Of a stretch of 64,000 nt of DNA, positions 21,484-31,999 are shown in pieces. A program made the translations under genes and the position numbers. The notes under the pieces were generated by a model. That model was not told the DNA's origin. It saw nothing but the letters and a program-made list of their open reading frames with translations, and made no database searches. How positions within the stretch are numbered: position 1 is the stretch's first letter; the number at the start of each line of letters is the position of its first letter. The stretch is taken from assembly GCA_963740085.1 (NCBI GenBank), contig CAVUCU010000007.1, positions 96,001 through 160,000 on the forward strand, in the 5' to 3' direction. The DNA comes from Nitrospirota bacterium. Its GTDB lineage: Bacteria; Nitrospirota; UBA9217.

Positions 21484-22110
21484 ATGAAGACAGGTAATCC
21501 GCGCAAGCCCTTCTCCATGATCCGAGAGTTCCATCTTGCCGACTGGTTCACGCTGGCAAACGCGGTCTGCGGCACGGGGGCAATGTTCTCCATGCTGACG
21601 TACCTGCAAACGGCCGACGTCATGCATATCTACTTCGCGGGCGGGATGGTCTTTGCGGCTTTCGTCTTCGATGTCCTGGATGGACGGATCGCCCGGTGGC
21701 GACAGAAGACGTCTGGAATGGGTCGTGAGCTCGACTCTCTCGCGGATGTCATCTCCTTTGGTGTAGCCCCGGCCCTGATCGGATATGGTTGCGGCATGCA
21801 GGGTTTTTACGACCGGATCATCCTGACCTATTTTGTTGCATGCGGAGTATCCCGCCTGGCGCGCTACAACATTACGACCGAGGCGCTGTCAGAGGGCGGA
21901 GACAAAGTGAAGTACTTCGAAGGAACTCCTATCCCAACATCGCTGCTGCTGGTGCTGTTGCTGTTATGGGCCGCTTCGCAGGGAGCTTTGCGCGAGTCCC
22001 TCTGGTTCGGACAGGTCGCGTTTGCCGGCTTCACGCTTCATCCGATAGCGCTGTTTTTCGCGGTTTCCGGCTCACTCATGATCAGTCGAATACGGATACC
22101 AAAGCTCTGA
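21484..22110 (+). CDS. CDP-alcohol phosphatidyltransferase (PssA-like)
   Basis: DVLDGRIAR...GRELDSLADVISFGVAP. Confidence 0.9.
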   Translation: MKTGNPRKPFSMIREFHLADWFTLANAVCGTGAMFSMLTYLQTADVMHIYFAGGMVFAAFVFDVLDGRIARWRQKTSGMGRELDSLADVISFGVAPALIGYGCGMQGFYDRIILTYFVACGVSRLARYNITTEALSEGGDKVKYFEGTPIPTSLLLVLLLLWAASQGALRESLWFGQVAFAGFTLHPIALFFAVSGSLMISRIRIPKL

Positions 22111-22216
22111 GCTGCCCCATGCCGGGCTGACACAAACAGCCAAGCCAGCCTGGCCGGGCTCTACGGCTCGATGCCATGTTGGGACAAAAAGAGATCCACC
22201 CTGCCCTTCTCCCGCG

Positions 22217-22690
22217 TCACCTGCCCTGCTTCCGGCTTAAAAAATCCTTTTCGATCACGCGACTGATCGCTTCTCTGATATCAGGGTCGCTTATCCCGCG
22301 AACATGTTCCTTGATCTTCTCCCGCTCAGCCTGGCTAAGAACGGTACGCACAGGGGTTTCTTCCGGAGGTTCTGCCGGTGACTCGACCTCGCCGATTCTC
22401 AATGAGATGTCGTTGATCGTTTTCTTCCCAAGGGTGCTGTTCACTTTTTCGATGATCTCGGGCTTGAGCAGTGAAAGCTGCTGCATCCAGGCCGGGCTGT
22501 CCACGATGAGCGTGAGTTTCTTTCCCCGCACGGCCTGCGGCTGGGCGTGGCGCGCTATGGCCGGGCCGACGGCCTTCTCCCACTGGCCGAAAATACGGTA
22601 CTCGCTCAAGCGGCTCCCGAGACCTCGTGCCTTCAGCATGCTGCCGAGCGTGTACGACAGCCTGTCCAGTTTCTTCCTCATGGCGCCCAT
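22217..22690 (-). CDS. DUF721/DciA family protein
   Basis: WEKAVGPAIARHAQP...VDSPAWMQQL. Confidence 0.85.
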   Translation of the reverse strand: MGAMRKKLDRLSYTLGSMLKARGLGSRLSEYRIFGQWEKAVGPAIARHAQPQAVRGKKLTLIVDSPAWMQQLSLLKPEIIEKVNSTLGKKTINDISLRIGEVESPAEPPEETPVRTVLSQAEREKIKEHVRGISDPDIREAISRVIEKDFLSRKQGR

Positions 22691-22711
22691 CTTAGCACAG
22701 CAAGAGTTCTT

Positions 22712-22740
22712 TTGACAACAAGGAACAAGATGGTTATAAT
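22712..22740 (+). promoter_or_regulatory. Consensus sigma70 promoter for the galT-glgA operon
   Basis: Perfect TTGACA-N17-TATAAT. Confidence 0.75.
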
Positions 22741-22906
22741 ATGTAACTACACAGGTGAATAGACTGAAGGTAGATAGGTTGGAGTTGATGGTGAAAAGTT
22801 AAGGGATAGTCAGCCTTCAGCCTAAAAACCCGACTCCTTCAGTCTTCAGCCTGACCGCCTAGGTGTCTGCAAAAAAAGTCTTTCATAAGCGCACACGGGA
22901 GCATAT

Positions 22907-23908
22907 ATGCCTGAATTACGAAAAGATCCTATCACCGGCCGCTGGGTCATCATCTCTTCCGAGCGCGGCAAGCGACCCGCGGATTTCCAGGACCAGCGCG
23001 GTAAAAAAAGGGGGGGGTTCTGCCCCTTCTGTGCAGGGAACGAACGCACCACTCCGAATGAGGTCCTGGCCTATCGCGCTGCCGGGGTGAACACACCAAA
23101 CGGACCGGGCTGGCGGCTCCGCGTAGTACCGAACAAGTTTCCCGCGCTCCAGATCGAGGGCAACCTGAACAAGCAGGGCGAGGGCATCTTCGACAAGATG
23201 AACGGGATCGGCGCACACGAGGTGATCATCGAAAGCCCCGACCATAACGCCACGCTCGCGACCCTTCCGCAGCAGGCGATGGAAGAGGTGCTCTGGGCGT
23301 ACCGGGACCGCATGGAAGACCTGAAGCGGGACACCCGCTTCCAATATGCGCTCATCTTCAAGAACGAAGGACTTTCGGCAGGGGCAACGCTCGAACACAC
23401 CCATTCACAGCTCATCGCGCTGCCGATCGTGCCGATCCATGTGCAGGAAGAGCTCGACGCGTGCCGACGACACTACAACCTCAAGGAGCGCTGCATTTTC
23501 TGCGACATCGTGCGTCAGGAGATACGATCGGGGGCGCGCGTGGTGCTCGAGACACCGCTCTTCATTGCCCTGGCGCCCTTCGCACCCCGTTTCCCTTTCG
23601 AGACCTGGATCATGCCCAAGTCACATCTCTCCTGTTATACCTCCTCCTCCAACGAGGATTTTAAAGATCTTGCCGGTCTCCTGCAAAATGTTCTTCAGCG
23701 GATCGATCGTGCGCTCTCGACTCCTCCGTACAACTTCGTGATCCATACCTCTCCGTTCAAGGATGAATGCAACGATTACTATCACTGGCACATCGAACTC
23801 ATGCCCAAGTTAACGAACGTGGCAGGTTTCGAATGGGGATCCGGGTTCTATATCAATCCCACGCCGCCCGAGGAGGCGGCGAAATTCCTGCGGGAAATCA
23901 AGGCATGA
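22907..23908 (+). CDS. galT: GalT family nucleotidyltransferase
   Basis: ELRKDPITGRW, CPFC, NKFPAL, HTHSQ (HxHxQ) catalytic motif. Confidence 0.9.
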   Translation: MPELRKDPITGRWVIISSERGKRPADFQDQRGKKRGGFCPFCAGNERTTPNEVLAYRAAGVNTPNGPGWRLRVVPNKFPALQIEGNLNKQGEGIFDKMNGIGAHEVIIESPDHNATLATLPQQAMEEVLWAYRDRMEDLKRDTRFQYALIFKNEGLSAGATLEHTHSQLIALPIVPIHVQEELDACRRHYNLKERCIFCDIVRQEIRSGARVVLETPLFIALAPFAPRFPFETWIMPKSHLSCYTSSSNEDFKDLAGLLQNVLQRIDRALSTPPYNFVIHTSPFKDECNDYYHWHIELMPKLTNVAGFEWGSGFYINPTPPEEAAKFLREIKA

Positions 23909-25347
23909 AAATCCTGTTCGCGGCATCCGAGGCGGCCCCCTTTGCAAAGACCGGCGGGCTCGCGGACGTCGCCGGGAGCCTCCCGCCCGCAATCGCCTCG
24001 CTCGGCCATGAGGTGCGTGTGGTCATGCCGTACTACCGGCAGGTGGGCCGGCATGCGTCGAACCTCAAACACGTCGCGACCTTCTCGGTCCCTCTCGGAT
24101 CCTGGGAGGAGCGCTGCGATGTCTTCGAGGGGAGAACGGACCGGGACGTCGTTGTCTATTTTATCAAGAAGGATATCTACTACGACCGGCCCGGGCTCTA
24201 CCAGACAGCGCGGACTGATTATCCCGACAACGCCGAGCGGTTCATTTTTTTTTCGCGGGCCGTACTGGAGCTTTGCCGCGCCCTGGACTACAGCCCGGAT
24301 ATCATCCACGGGAACGACTGGCAAACAGGCCTCCTGCCGCTCTACCTGAAAACACTGTACCGCGGGTCCGAAACATTGCACGGAACAAAAACGGTCTTCA
24401 CGGTGCACAACCTCGGCTATCAGGGTATTTTTTGGCACTGGGACATGCGTCTGACCGGTCTCGGTTGGGAGGTGTTTACCCCCAAGGGCATTGAGTTCTG
24501 GGGCAAGATCAATTTTCTCAAGGCCGGCCTTGTCTACTCGGACATCATTACGACGGTGAGCAAAACCTACAGCCGCGAGATCCAGACCCCGGAATACGGG
24601 TATGGTCTCGAGGGCGTGCTCGTGAACCGGGCTGCGGAACTCTTTGGCATCGTGAACGGGATCGACTACCGGACCTGGGACCCGGCACGCGACCGCGACA
24701 TCCCGAAGCCCTTCAGCGCGGCGAGGCTTGCGGGCAAGGCCCTCTGCAAAAAGGCGCTTCAGGGATTGATCCGCATGCCGGGGACCGATGATCCGCTGAT
24801 CGGCATGGTAACGCGCCTTGTGGACCAGAAGGGGCTCGATATTTTGACCGAGGCGCTTCCGGAGATCATATCCCTCGGCGTGCAGATCGTCATTCTCGGG
24901 ACCGGAGACGAAAAATACCATCGCATTCTGTCCGATGCAGCCGACCGCTATTCAAAGAAAATGCGAGTTCTGCTCCGGTACGATGATTCGCTCGCGAGGA
25001 AGGTGTACGCGGGGTGCGATATGTTTCTCATGCCGTCGCTCTACGAGCCCTGCGGTCTCGGCCAGATGATTGCGCTGCGCTACGGCGCCGTACCGGTCGT
25101 CCGCAAGACAGGCGGGCTTAGCGACACGGTCGCGGACTATAACCCGAAAACGGGACAAGGGACCGGATTCCTGTTCGAGGAATACGCCGCGTCGGCGCTC
25201 ACCGACTGCCTGCGCCGCGCGCTTTCAGCGTACAGTGACCGGAACGCATGGAAACGCCTGGTGAGGAACGGCATGAAACAGGATTTCTCGTGGGAGCGCT
25301 CGGCAAAGGAATATGTGAAGGTTTACAGGAAAGCGATGAGAAAATAA
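23905..25347 (+). CDS. glgA: Glycogen synthase (ADP-glucose)
   Basis: KTGGLADV and EPCGLGQM. Confidence 0.96.
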   Translation: MKILFAASEAAPFAKTGGLADVAGSLPPAIASLGHEVRVVMPYYRQVGRHASNLKHVATFSVPLGSWEERCDVFEGRTDRDVVVYFIKKDIYYDRPGLYQTARTDYPDNAERFIFFSRAVLELCRALDYSPDIIHGNDWQTGLLPLYLKTLYRGSETLHGTKTVFTVHNLGYQGIFWHWDMRLTGLGWEVFTPKGIEFWGKINFLKAGLVYSDIITTVSKTYSREIQTPEYGYGLEGVLVNRAAELFGIVNGIDYRTWDPARDRDIPKPFSAARLAGKALCKKALQGLIRMPGTDDPLIGMVTRLVDQKGLDILTEALPEIISLGVQIVILGTGDEKYHRILSDAADRYSKKMRVLLRYDDSLARKVYAGCDMFLMPSLYEPCGLGQMIALRYGAVPVVRKTGGLSDTVADYNPKTGQGTGFLFEEYAASALTDCLRRALSAYSDRNAWKRLVRNGMKQDFSWERSAKEYVKVYRKAMRK

Positions 25348-25350
25348 CAA

Positions 25351-25423
25351 GGGTCCGGGGTACAGGTTCAGCGTTCAGGAACGCGGACAGGCAACTGACC
25401 CCTGAACCCTGACTAACTGACTC
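25351..25423. repeat. Inverted pair of heptamer tandem arrays
   Basis: GGGTCCG-GGGTACA-GGTTCAG-CGTTCAG / CTGACCC-CTGAACC-CTGACTA. Confidence 0.7.
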
Positions 25424-25435
25424 TGCATTTCAACC

Positions 25436-27826
25436 ATGGGAACGACCGAAAAAAAAGAACTGAGCATCCTGAGCGAGATCAGCCGCATATCGAATTCATC
25501 GGTCGGTCTCACGGAGAAGCTTCAGCGCCTCGTCGAGGCCGTTGCGCGCGGCATGGAAAAGGACGGCGCCTCGGTGTTCCTGTTCGACCGCTCCCGAAAG
25601 ATCGTTACGCTCGCCGCTGCAATCGGCCTGAACCAGGAGTCCATCGGCAAAGTGAGTTTCCCGATCGGGATGGGCATCGCCGGCTGGGTAGCGGAGCAGA
25701 AGGTCCCTCTCGCGCTTGATGACCCGTATGCCGATCCACGCTTCGCCTATGCCCCCGAATCGGGCATTGAGAAATTCAAGTCCCTTGCCGCCGCACCGAT
25801 CATGTACGAAGACCAGTGCCTCGGCGTGGTCTTCGTCCTCTCCTCCACGGTGTGGAGTGCTGCTTCATCGGACATTACGCTGCTCACTACCACCGCCGAC
25901 CAGATAAGCGGGGTGATCAAGAGCGCTCAGATGTTCCAGGACATCCAGGACCGACTGGCCGCGCTTGCCACCATCTACGAGATCGGTCTGGCGCTCACTT
26001 CCACGCTCGACCTCGAGCCGCTCCTCTCGCTCATCGCCAAGAACAGCACGCAATCGCTCCGCGCCCAGGGCTGCACCATCCGGCTCATAAACCTGCCGGA
26101 GATCATGCCTCATAAAACCTTCTCTTCCTACAGCGTTATCGGCGACACGATAGCCGACATGGATACGAAGATCGGCGGTATCCTGGCCGAACGCGTCGCG
26201 CGGGAGAAAAAACCGACCCTGATCCAGGATATTACGAAAGACCCCGCCCTCGCCGCTTCCAGCGGGGTCCCTGCGGCGTCCATCATCAGCGTCCCGCTCA
26301 TCTTCCGGGACAAGGTGATCGGAGTCATCACGCTCTATAACAAACAGGAAGGCCAGTTCTTCACCGAGGACGACCTCCAGTTCCTGACGACCGTCGCCAG
26401 CGGTGCCGCGGTGTCAGTCGAGAACGCGGCCATGTATGAGCGCATGGAGGACCTGGCGATCGAAGCGCGCACCCGGGCCCGGGAACTTTCCATCCTCTAC
26501 GATATCGGCACCGCCATGAGCACGACGTTGAACCTCGACCGTCTGCTCAGGATCATTCTTACCGCCGCAACCATGGGCGGGAGCGGTCTGGGCTTCAACC
26601 AGGCGCTTCTGCTCCTGACCAATGAACGAACCAACACGCTCCAGGGCATGATGGGCGTCGGACCGACGAGCTGGGAAGAGGCGGGCCGAGCCTGGAATGA
26701 GGTATCGCGCATTCATAAAAGCCTCATGGAGTGGATCCAGACGGGCGACCTTTTCGAGCACCGCGATTCGCCGCTCAATACGCTGGCAAAGGGCATTCGC
26801 GTTTCGCTCCAGCCGAACGAGGAAGTGCTGGCGCTCACGGTACTGAACAAAAGACCATATAACATCACCAATGCCTTCACAGACCCCATCGTGAGCGACA
26901 AACTCCGTGAAACGCTCAAAGTGAACAGCTTCGCAACGGTCCCGCTTATTGCAAAGGACCGGGTCATCGGTGTCATCCTTGTGGACAATATGTTCACCCA
27001 GAGGCCGATCACCGATGGAGATATCCGTTTTCTCACCATGTTCGCGCACCAGGCCGCGCTCGCCATCGAAAACGCCATTTTCCACACAAATCTCGAGACC
27101 ATGAACAAGGCCATGCGCGCAATGCACGAGCAGCTTGTCCAGTCCGAGAAGATGGCGGCACTCGGCGCCATGATGGCCGAGATCACCCACGAGATCAGGA
27201 ATCCGCTCGTCTCCATCGGCGGCTTCACCAGACGGCTTGCGAAGAAGCTCAAGGACAACGAAGACAAAAAATATGTCGATATCATCCTGAGCGAGGTCAC
27301 GAGGCTCGAGGGGATCATCCATGACAACCTTTCTTACATCAAGGAGATGGCGCCGCAGCTCGCTGAAACCGACATCAACGGCCTCATCGAGGAGGTCCTG
27401 ACCCTCTATGAAGACGAACTTGCCCAGCGGCACATCCGTGTCGAGCGGCATTTTACCGCTTCTCTGCCGCACCTTATGGTCGATACGCAGCAGCTCAAGC
27501 AGGGAGTGATCAACGTTCTCAAGAATGCCATGGAGGCCATGGAGAACGGCGGCACGCTCTTCATCAGGACCTATGCGGTTCCTGACGATGAGGCGGCGGC
27601 AATCGAGATCGGGGACACGGGGCCCGGCATTTCAGCCAAGGCCATGCATAATATTTTCAACCCCTACTACACGACGAAACCGCGGGGCACGGGGCTGGGA
27701 CTGCCGATCACGAACAGGATCATTCAGTCCCACAAGGGCAAGATCGAGCTGCGGAACCGGGACGGGGGAGGCGCCCTCTTTACGATCAAGCTGCCTCTCC
27801 CGGAGAAAAAGGACCCGCCATCCTGA
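25436..27826 (+). CDS. Triple-GAF sensor histidine kinase
   Basis: Three GAF domains, HEIRNPL H-box, GTGLGL G2 box. Confidence 0.92.
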   Translation: MGTTEKKELSILSEISRISNSSVGLTEKLQRLVEAVARGMEKDGASVFLFDRSRKIVTLAAAIGLNQESIGKVSFPIGMGIAGWVAEQKVPLALDDPYADPRFAYAPESGIEKFKSLAAAPIMYEDQCLGVVFVLSSTVWSAASSDITLLTTTADQISGVIKSAQMFQDIQDRLAALATIYEIGLALTSTLDLEPLLSLIAKNSTQSLRAQGCTIRLINLPEIMPHKTFSSYSVIGDTIADMDTKIGGILAERVAREKKPTLIQDITKDPALAASSGVPAASIISVPLIFRDKVIGVITLYNKQEGQFFTEDDLQFLTTVASGAAVSVENAAMYERMEDLAIEARTRARELSILYDIGTAMSTTLNLDRLLRIILTAATMGGSGLGFNQALLLLTNERTNTLQGMMGVGPTSWEEAGRAWNEVSRIHKSLMEWIQTGDLFEHRDSPLNTLAKGIRVSLQPNEEVLALTVLNKRPYNITNAFTDPIVSDKLRETLKVNSFATVPLIAKDRVIGVILVDNMFTQRPITDGDIRFLTMFAHQAALAIENAIFHTNLETMNKAMRAMHEQLVQSEKMAALGAMMAEITHEIRNPLVSIGGFTRRLAKKLKDNEDKKYVDIILSEVTRLEGIIHDNLSYIKEMAPQLAETDINGLIEEVLTLYEDELAQRHIRVERHFTASLPHLMVDTQQLKQGVINVLKNAMEAMENGGTLFIRTYAVPDDEAAAIEIGDTGPGISAKAMHNIFNPYYTTKPRGTGLGLPITNRIIQSHKGKIELRNRDGGGALFTIKLPLPEKKDPPS

Positions 27827-28116
27827 TCCATACAGTATGGTCCCTGGAAAATCAAAAGGTATGGGTCCTTTGCTGTTCTTTGTGCGCTTCGTGCCTTCGT
27901 GTGAGTATGTGCTTTAGGGTCTTGCGAGTTACGGTTCAACTTGCATTCATGCCGCGGAGCAGACAGAAAATCATAAGAGGAAGGGCATTTGCCTTTCACC
28001 CGTGATTGGATTCTCTCCGTTCACTCGGTCAACGCTGTGGCTAAAAATATTTTTCCGGTTTGTCAGGGTTACGTTTCAGAAATTCTGATTTCGAATTTAC
28101 TGCCGAGGAGGTGCGA

Positions 28117-28467
28117 ATGAAAAAGATACTGGTTATCGACGACGAGGAAAATATCCGGGAACTTTATAAAGAGGAGTTCATGGAGATGGGCTACGAAGTA
28201 ATGACGGCTCACGACGGGGTTCAGGCGCTTGCGGCTATGGACACTACAAAGTTCGATCTGGCCACTCTGGACATGCGTATGGAAGAAATGGACGGCATAG
28301 AAACCCTTCGGAAGATGAAAGAGAAGGACAGCTCGCTTCCCGTCATTATCTGCACCGCTTACGAGGAATATAAGCACGACTTCGGAAGCTGGTGTTCCGA
28401 TGCCTACGTAGTCAAGTCCTCAGACCTGTCTCTGCTCCGGGACACGGTGAAAAAGATCCTCGGATGA
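28117..28467 (+). CDS. Single-domain response regulator
   Basis: ILVIDDE, LDMRM, YVVK. Confidence 0.92.
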   Translation: MKKILVIDDEENIRELYKEEFMEMGYEVMTAHDGVQALAAMDTTKFDLATLDMRMEEMDGIETLRKMKEKDSSLPVIICTAYEEYKHDFGSWCSDAYVVKSSDLSLLRDTVKKILG

Positions 28468-29762
28468 GCGAAAAGACAGACACGCTCGAGGTGCTCATTG
28501 AAAAACTCGTCCACGGCGGCAGCGGGCTGGCGAGGCTGGACACAGGCCAGGCGGTCTTTGTTCCCGGTGTGCTGCCGGGAGAGCGGGTCTTCGTCACCAT
28601 CAGGAAAAAGCGAAAAGGCGTTTTAGAAGCCGCCCTCGTCAAGGTCCTCACACCGTCGAAAGACCGCATCACGCCGCCCTGTAATGGAGAAATAGAATGT
28701 ACCGGCGCAACCTGGGCGCACATCGCATACCCGTCCCAGCTTAGGCATAAGCAGGAGATCCTGCTCGACACGCTGAAAAAAATAGGTGGCATCGAGCCCG
28801 ATCGCCTTCTTCCGATACTCCCCTCGCCCCACACGGACCACTACCGGCTGCGGACTCAGTTCAATGTCCGGATGAAGGACAACCGGCAGCGCATCGGTTT
28901 TTTCCGCCAGGGTTCGTACGATCTCATTGAAGTGAACAATGCGTTCCTTATCCACCCCGTCATCGACGGGGTACTGAAGAACATCCGAACCCTTTCTGAC
29001 AGGCTCCCGTTGCTCACCGAACTCCATATCAACGCCTCGCCGACGGGAGAGGTGCATCTCCTGCTCTTCAGCGAACAGCCGCTTTTCCCTGCAATGGACC
29101 CCTTTTTCGCTGACCTGAAAAGAATCTCACCCGAAGTGATCGGCATGACCGGATTCGCGGGCAGAAAAAAGGTCTCAGCCCTCGGCAGGAACCAGCTCAC
29201 TCTCGAAATAGAAGGAATGACGCTCAAAGCCACTGAAGGGAATTTCTTTCAGGTAAACTGGGAGCAGAACAGGAACATGGTAAGGACAGTACTGGAATTT
29301 ACCGAACTCACGGGGAACGAGACCGTGCTCGACCTTTACTGCGGCATCGGCAACTTCTCCCTGCCGCTCGCGAAGAAAGCAAAGGCCGTGATCGGCATCG
29401 AATCGGGTTATTCGGCGATCGAGGACGCGAAGGCGAACGCTGAGTTGAATGGTGTTCCAAATGCGGAATTCATTGCCGACGATATGCAGAAGGGATTAAA
29501 GGCCCTGATCCAGAGGAAGCTGCGCGCCCAAGTGATCGTGCTCGACCCGCCGCGCGCCGGCGCTACAATCAAGACGCTCGAGCGCGTGCTCGCCTTTGTC
29601 CCTCAGAGGATCGTCTATGTCTCGTGCAATCCCTCGACGCTTGCACGGGACCTGAAATTCTTTCAACTCTTTGGCTTCCGCCTCGACCGTCTTCAGCCCG
29701 TGGACATGTTCCCCTATACCTATCATATTGAATGCGTGGCGGAAATGGTGAGGACGCAATAG
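28464..29762 (+). CDS. rlmD: 23S rRNA m5U1939 methyltransferase (RlmD/RumA family)
   Basis: TRAM domain, DLYCGIG, LDPPRAG, YVSCNPSTLARD, DMFPYTYHIECV. Confidence 0.92.
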   Translation: MSEKTDTLEVLIEKLVHGGSGLARLDTGQAVFVPGVLPGERVFVTIRKKRKGVLEAALVKVLTPSKDRITPPCNGEIECTGATWAHIAYPSQLRHKQEILLDTLKKIGGIEPDRLLPILPSPHTDHYRLRTQFNVRMKDNRQRIGFFRQGSYDLIEVNNAFLIHPVIDGVLKNIRTLSDRLPLLTELHINASPTGEVHLLLFSEQPLFPAMDPFFADLKRISPEVIGMTGFAGRKKVSALGRNQLTLEIEGMTLKATEGNFFQVNWEQNRNMVRTVLEFTELTGNETVLDLYCGIGNFSLPLAKKAKAVIGIESGYSAIEDAKANAELNGVPNAEFIADDMQKGLKALIQRKLRAQVIVLDPPRAGATIKTLERVLAFVPQRIVYVSCNPSTLARDLKFFQLFGFRLDRLQPVDMFPYTYHIECVAEMVRTQ

Positions 29763-30327
29763 AAGCGGCAATTCTTTGAACCGACAGTCTTCCCCATCCG
29801 AGTAAAAAGTTAATATTGAACTTTGGTAATCACGAATAGATAAGGATGGGCGTAATTGTGGGTGTAGTAAGCCTAAAGTTATGGGTATATAACCCAACAC
29901 GCACTTTGCTTTTTACTGAGGCATGATGAAATGGTTTCGTTTAAGGGATATAATGTTTATAAATATTACAAAAAAATTACCAATTTTCCATTTATTGACC
30001 GTTCACAAAGGCAAAGAGAGGAGCCGGGCATTTAGATTATCGTGTAATTGATTCTTCAAAATTCTTTGATGCTGATATTAACTTTTTGTTTTTATTATAA
30101 TATTTATTCTCAGAAGTGGTTTCATTTATACACACGCTGTTTTTTCTTTCACTCCCCCATAATCCCCACGAATCCATATGTACGATTGTCGAACAAACTT
30201 ACACGAAAAAACATAATACTATTTTAGTACAAAATTCAATCAGTTCTGTTTTGGCAATTCTTTTGCATTTTAATTCCATAGAGAAAGAGATTGAGCAGGT
30301 AATGTAACCAAAGTTCGGTGAGTATCC

Positions 30328-30534
30328 ATGAGCAAGCAAGAATTCATTAAAATTACCCGGGAACAGGAAAAAGAGATCAACCATATTTTGAACGACAGCT
30401 CTCTTTACCTGAGCATGTCTGCGGCAGAGAGACGAAAGCTCATACACTATCTCGTATCATCTTACTTTAACCTTCTACCTGTTGAAAACCGTCGGGCCCT
30501 TCCCACGGCAATGCGCACCGGATCGGCGATGTAA
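30328..30534 (+). CDS. Small hypothetical protein
   Basis: 68-aa ORF with GGTGAG RBS in an AT-rich stretch; helical character. Confidence 0.55.
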   Translation: MSKQEFIKITREQEKEINHILNDSSLYLSMSAAERRKLIHYLVSSYFNLLPVENRRALPTAMRTGSAM

Positions 30535-30762
30535 ACCAGGATGCGTTACGTATTGCCCCTGGGAAATGAGTATATAATAAAGTGCCTTGTACCGTGAAAA
30601 TGGTTTGGCCTAAATGGGCAATACGCCCCCTGCCACACTCGCGGGCCCGAAACATTCGCCTCCCTTAATGTCGGAAGCTTTGAGTATGATCGCTTCCGAC
30701 ATTTTTTTATTTCACCATCATCGCAAAGAACGATCCACTCTTCTCTCGTCTGCATGCAACTC

Positions 30763-31167
30763 TTAAACAAACGAGACCATGCGGGTAGCCGCGGAGAAAA
30801 CAAATACTCGATCCATATTGGATCCCGGATCGGCGGGAAAAACAAAGAATCCCGGCCGGCCCGGCTGATAGCCCTGCGTCGTTCCGACCAATTCCTCCCC
30901 GTCCTTGAATACCACCTTGATCTTTTTCCCCACAGCCGGCTTGACCGTGTCGAATGTTCTTTTCTCCTGGTATTGACTATCCCCGTCAAAGTCCTTCACA
31001 AAAAATACAGCCTTCAATACGTTGACGTAAACATCAAGCGGCTTGGAACCGGCCGGGGCGTCATACGGCAGGAGATGGAAAATGTCCTTGTTGGGCATGA
31101 AATTGCTCGTATAACCCTTTGATATGCGGCCGTCCTGATAACGAACGACGATCTTATTTTGTATCAT
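30763..31167 (-). CDS. Uncharacterised protein with an internal duplication (DUF6982-like, from recollection)
   Basis: KIVVRYQDGRISKG and KIKVVFKDGEELVG repeats; LKAVFFVKDFDG; paralog at 57485-57922. Confidence 0.75.
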   Translation of the reverse strand: MIQNKIVVRYQDGRISKGYTSNFMPNKDIFHLLPYDAPAGSKPLDVYVNVLKAVFFVKDFDGDSQYQEKRTFDTVKPAVGKKIKVVFKDGEELVGTTQGYQPGRPGFFVFPADPGSNMDRVFVFSAATRMVSFV

Positions 31168-31227
31168 AACGATCCTTTCTTCAGCTTCCAATAATGCATC
31201 GCCGGAATTCTGAAAAGAATGCCGTTT

Positions 31228-31896
31228 CTATCCGTCCAACGGTTCTATGCTTTCCGGCGAATCGTATTTAAAAGAGTTCACCTTTGGAGTAACAGGGAAT
31301 AATTCCATCTCCTCTGATGGGTAAGGATTCAATAGCCCGGGAAGAACTGAACTATCCTGAACCCTGGGATCCAGCCATAGGTCATATTTGTCCGCCGGGG
31401 CAATGACCGGCATCCGCTCGTGAATGGGCATGACCAACTGGTTCGCGCCGGTCGTTATGATCGTACTCATCGTGAGCAGTTCACCGTCCGGGGACCCCCA
31501 GGCGTTATACAGTCCGGCAAAGCCAAATGGCTTGTGTGACTTGAGCCTGACATAGAAAGGCTTCCTTGTCGTTCCTTCCTTTCGCCATTCGTAGAATCCA
31601 TCAGCCACCACAAGACACCGCTGTTTCTCGAAGGCCGATTTGAACGCCTTGCTGCTTGCAACGGTCTCCGCACGAGCATTGATCATCCCGTAGCTGGCAT
31701 CAAGGTCCTGGGACCAGGACGGCACAAAACCCCATCGGGACTTGATAAGCCTCCGTTTACCATCGTTGACGACGATCAGAATGTCCTGACTGGGCGCGAT
31801 GTTATAGTGGGGCGGATATTCAAGATCCCGGTCAGCGATCCCGAATATCTCCGCGATTACCTCAATGGCGCTATGTATCTCAAATCGTCCGCACAT
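31228..31896 (-). CDS. SOS response-associated peptidase (SRAP/YedK/HMCES)
   Basis: N-terminal MCGRF, INARAET, GFYEW, HERMP. Confidence 0.95.
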   Translation of the reverse strand: MCGRFEIHSAIEVIAEIFGIADRDLEYPPHYNIAPSQDILIVVNDGKRRLIKSRWGFVPSWSQDLDASYGMINARAETVASSKAFKSAFEKQRCLVVADGFYEWRKEGTTRKPFYVRLKSHKPFGFAGLYNAWGSPDGELLTMSTIITTGANQLVMPIHERMPVIAPADKYDLWLDPRVQDSSVLPGLLNPYPSEEMELFPVTPKVNSFKYDSPESIEPLDG

Positions 31897-31963
31897 AACC
31901 GGTCACCTAACCTGTTGTAAGTATAGCACGTTGCTGCAACCGCGCCCGGGATCCAGAAAACCC

Positions 31964-31993
31964 TTGACAGGTGAACGTTCGTTCACTTATACT
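31964..31993 (+). promoter_or_regulatory. sigma70 promoter with an overlapping GAAC-N4-GTTC operator
   Basis: TTGACA (31964-69), GTGAACGTTCGTTCAC (31971-86), TATACT (31988-93); ATG at 32000. Confidence 0.8.
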
Positions 31994-31999
31994 ATCTTC

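Noticed and set aside
17943-22216. kaiBC module as a third tail-duplication island
   Set aside because: No convincing duplicate of the dinG or DUF721 3' end was found at its borders
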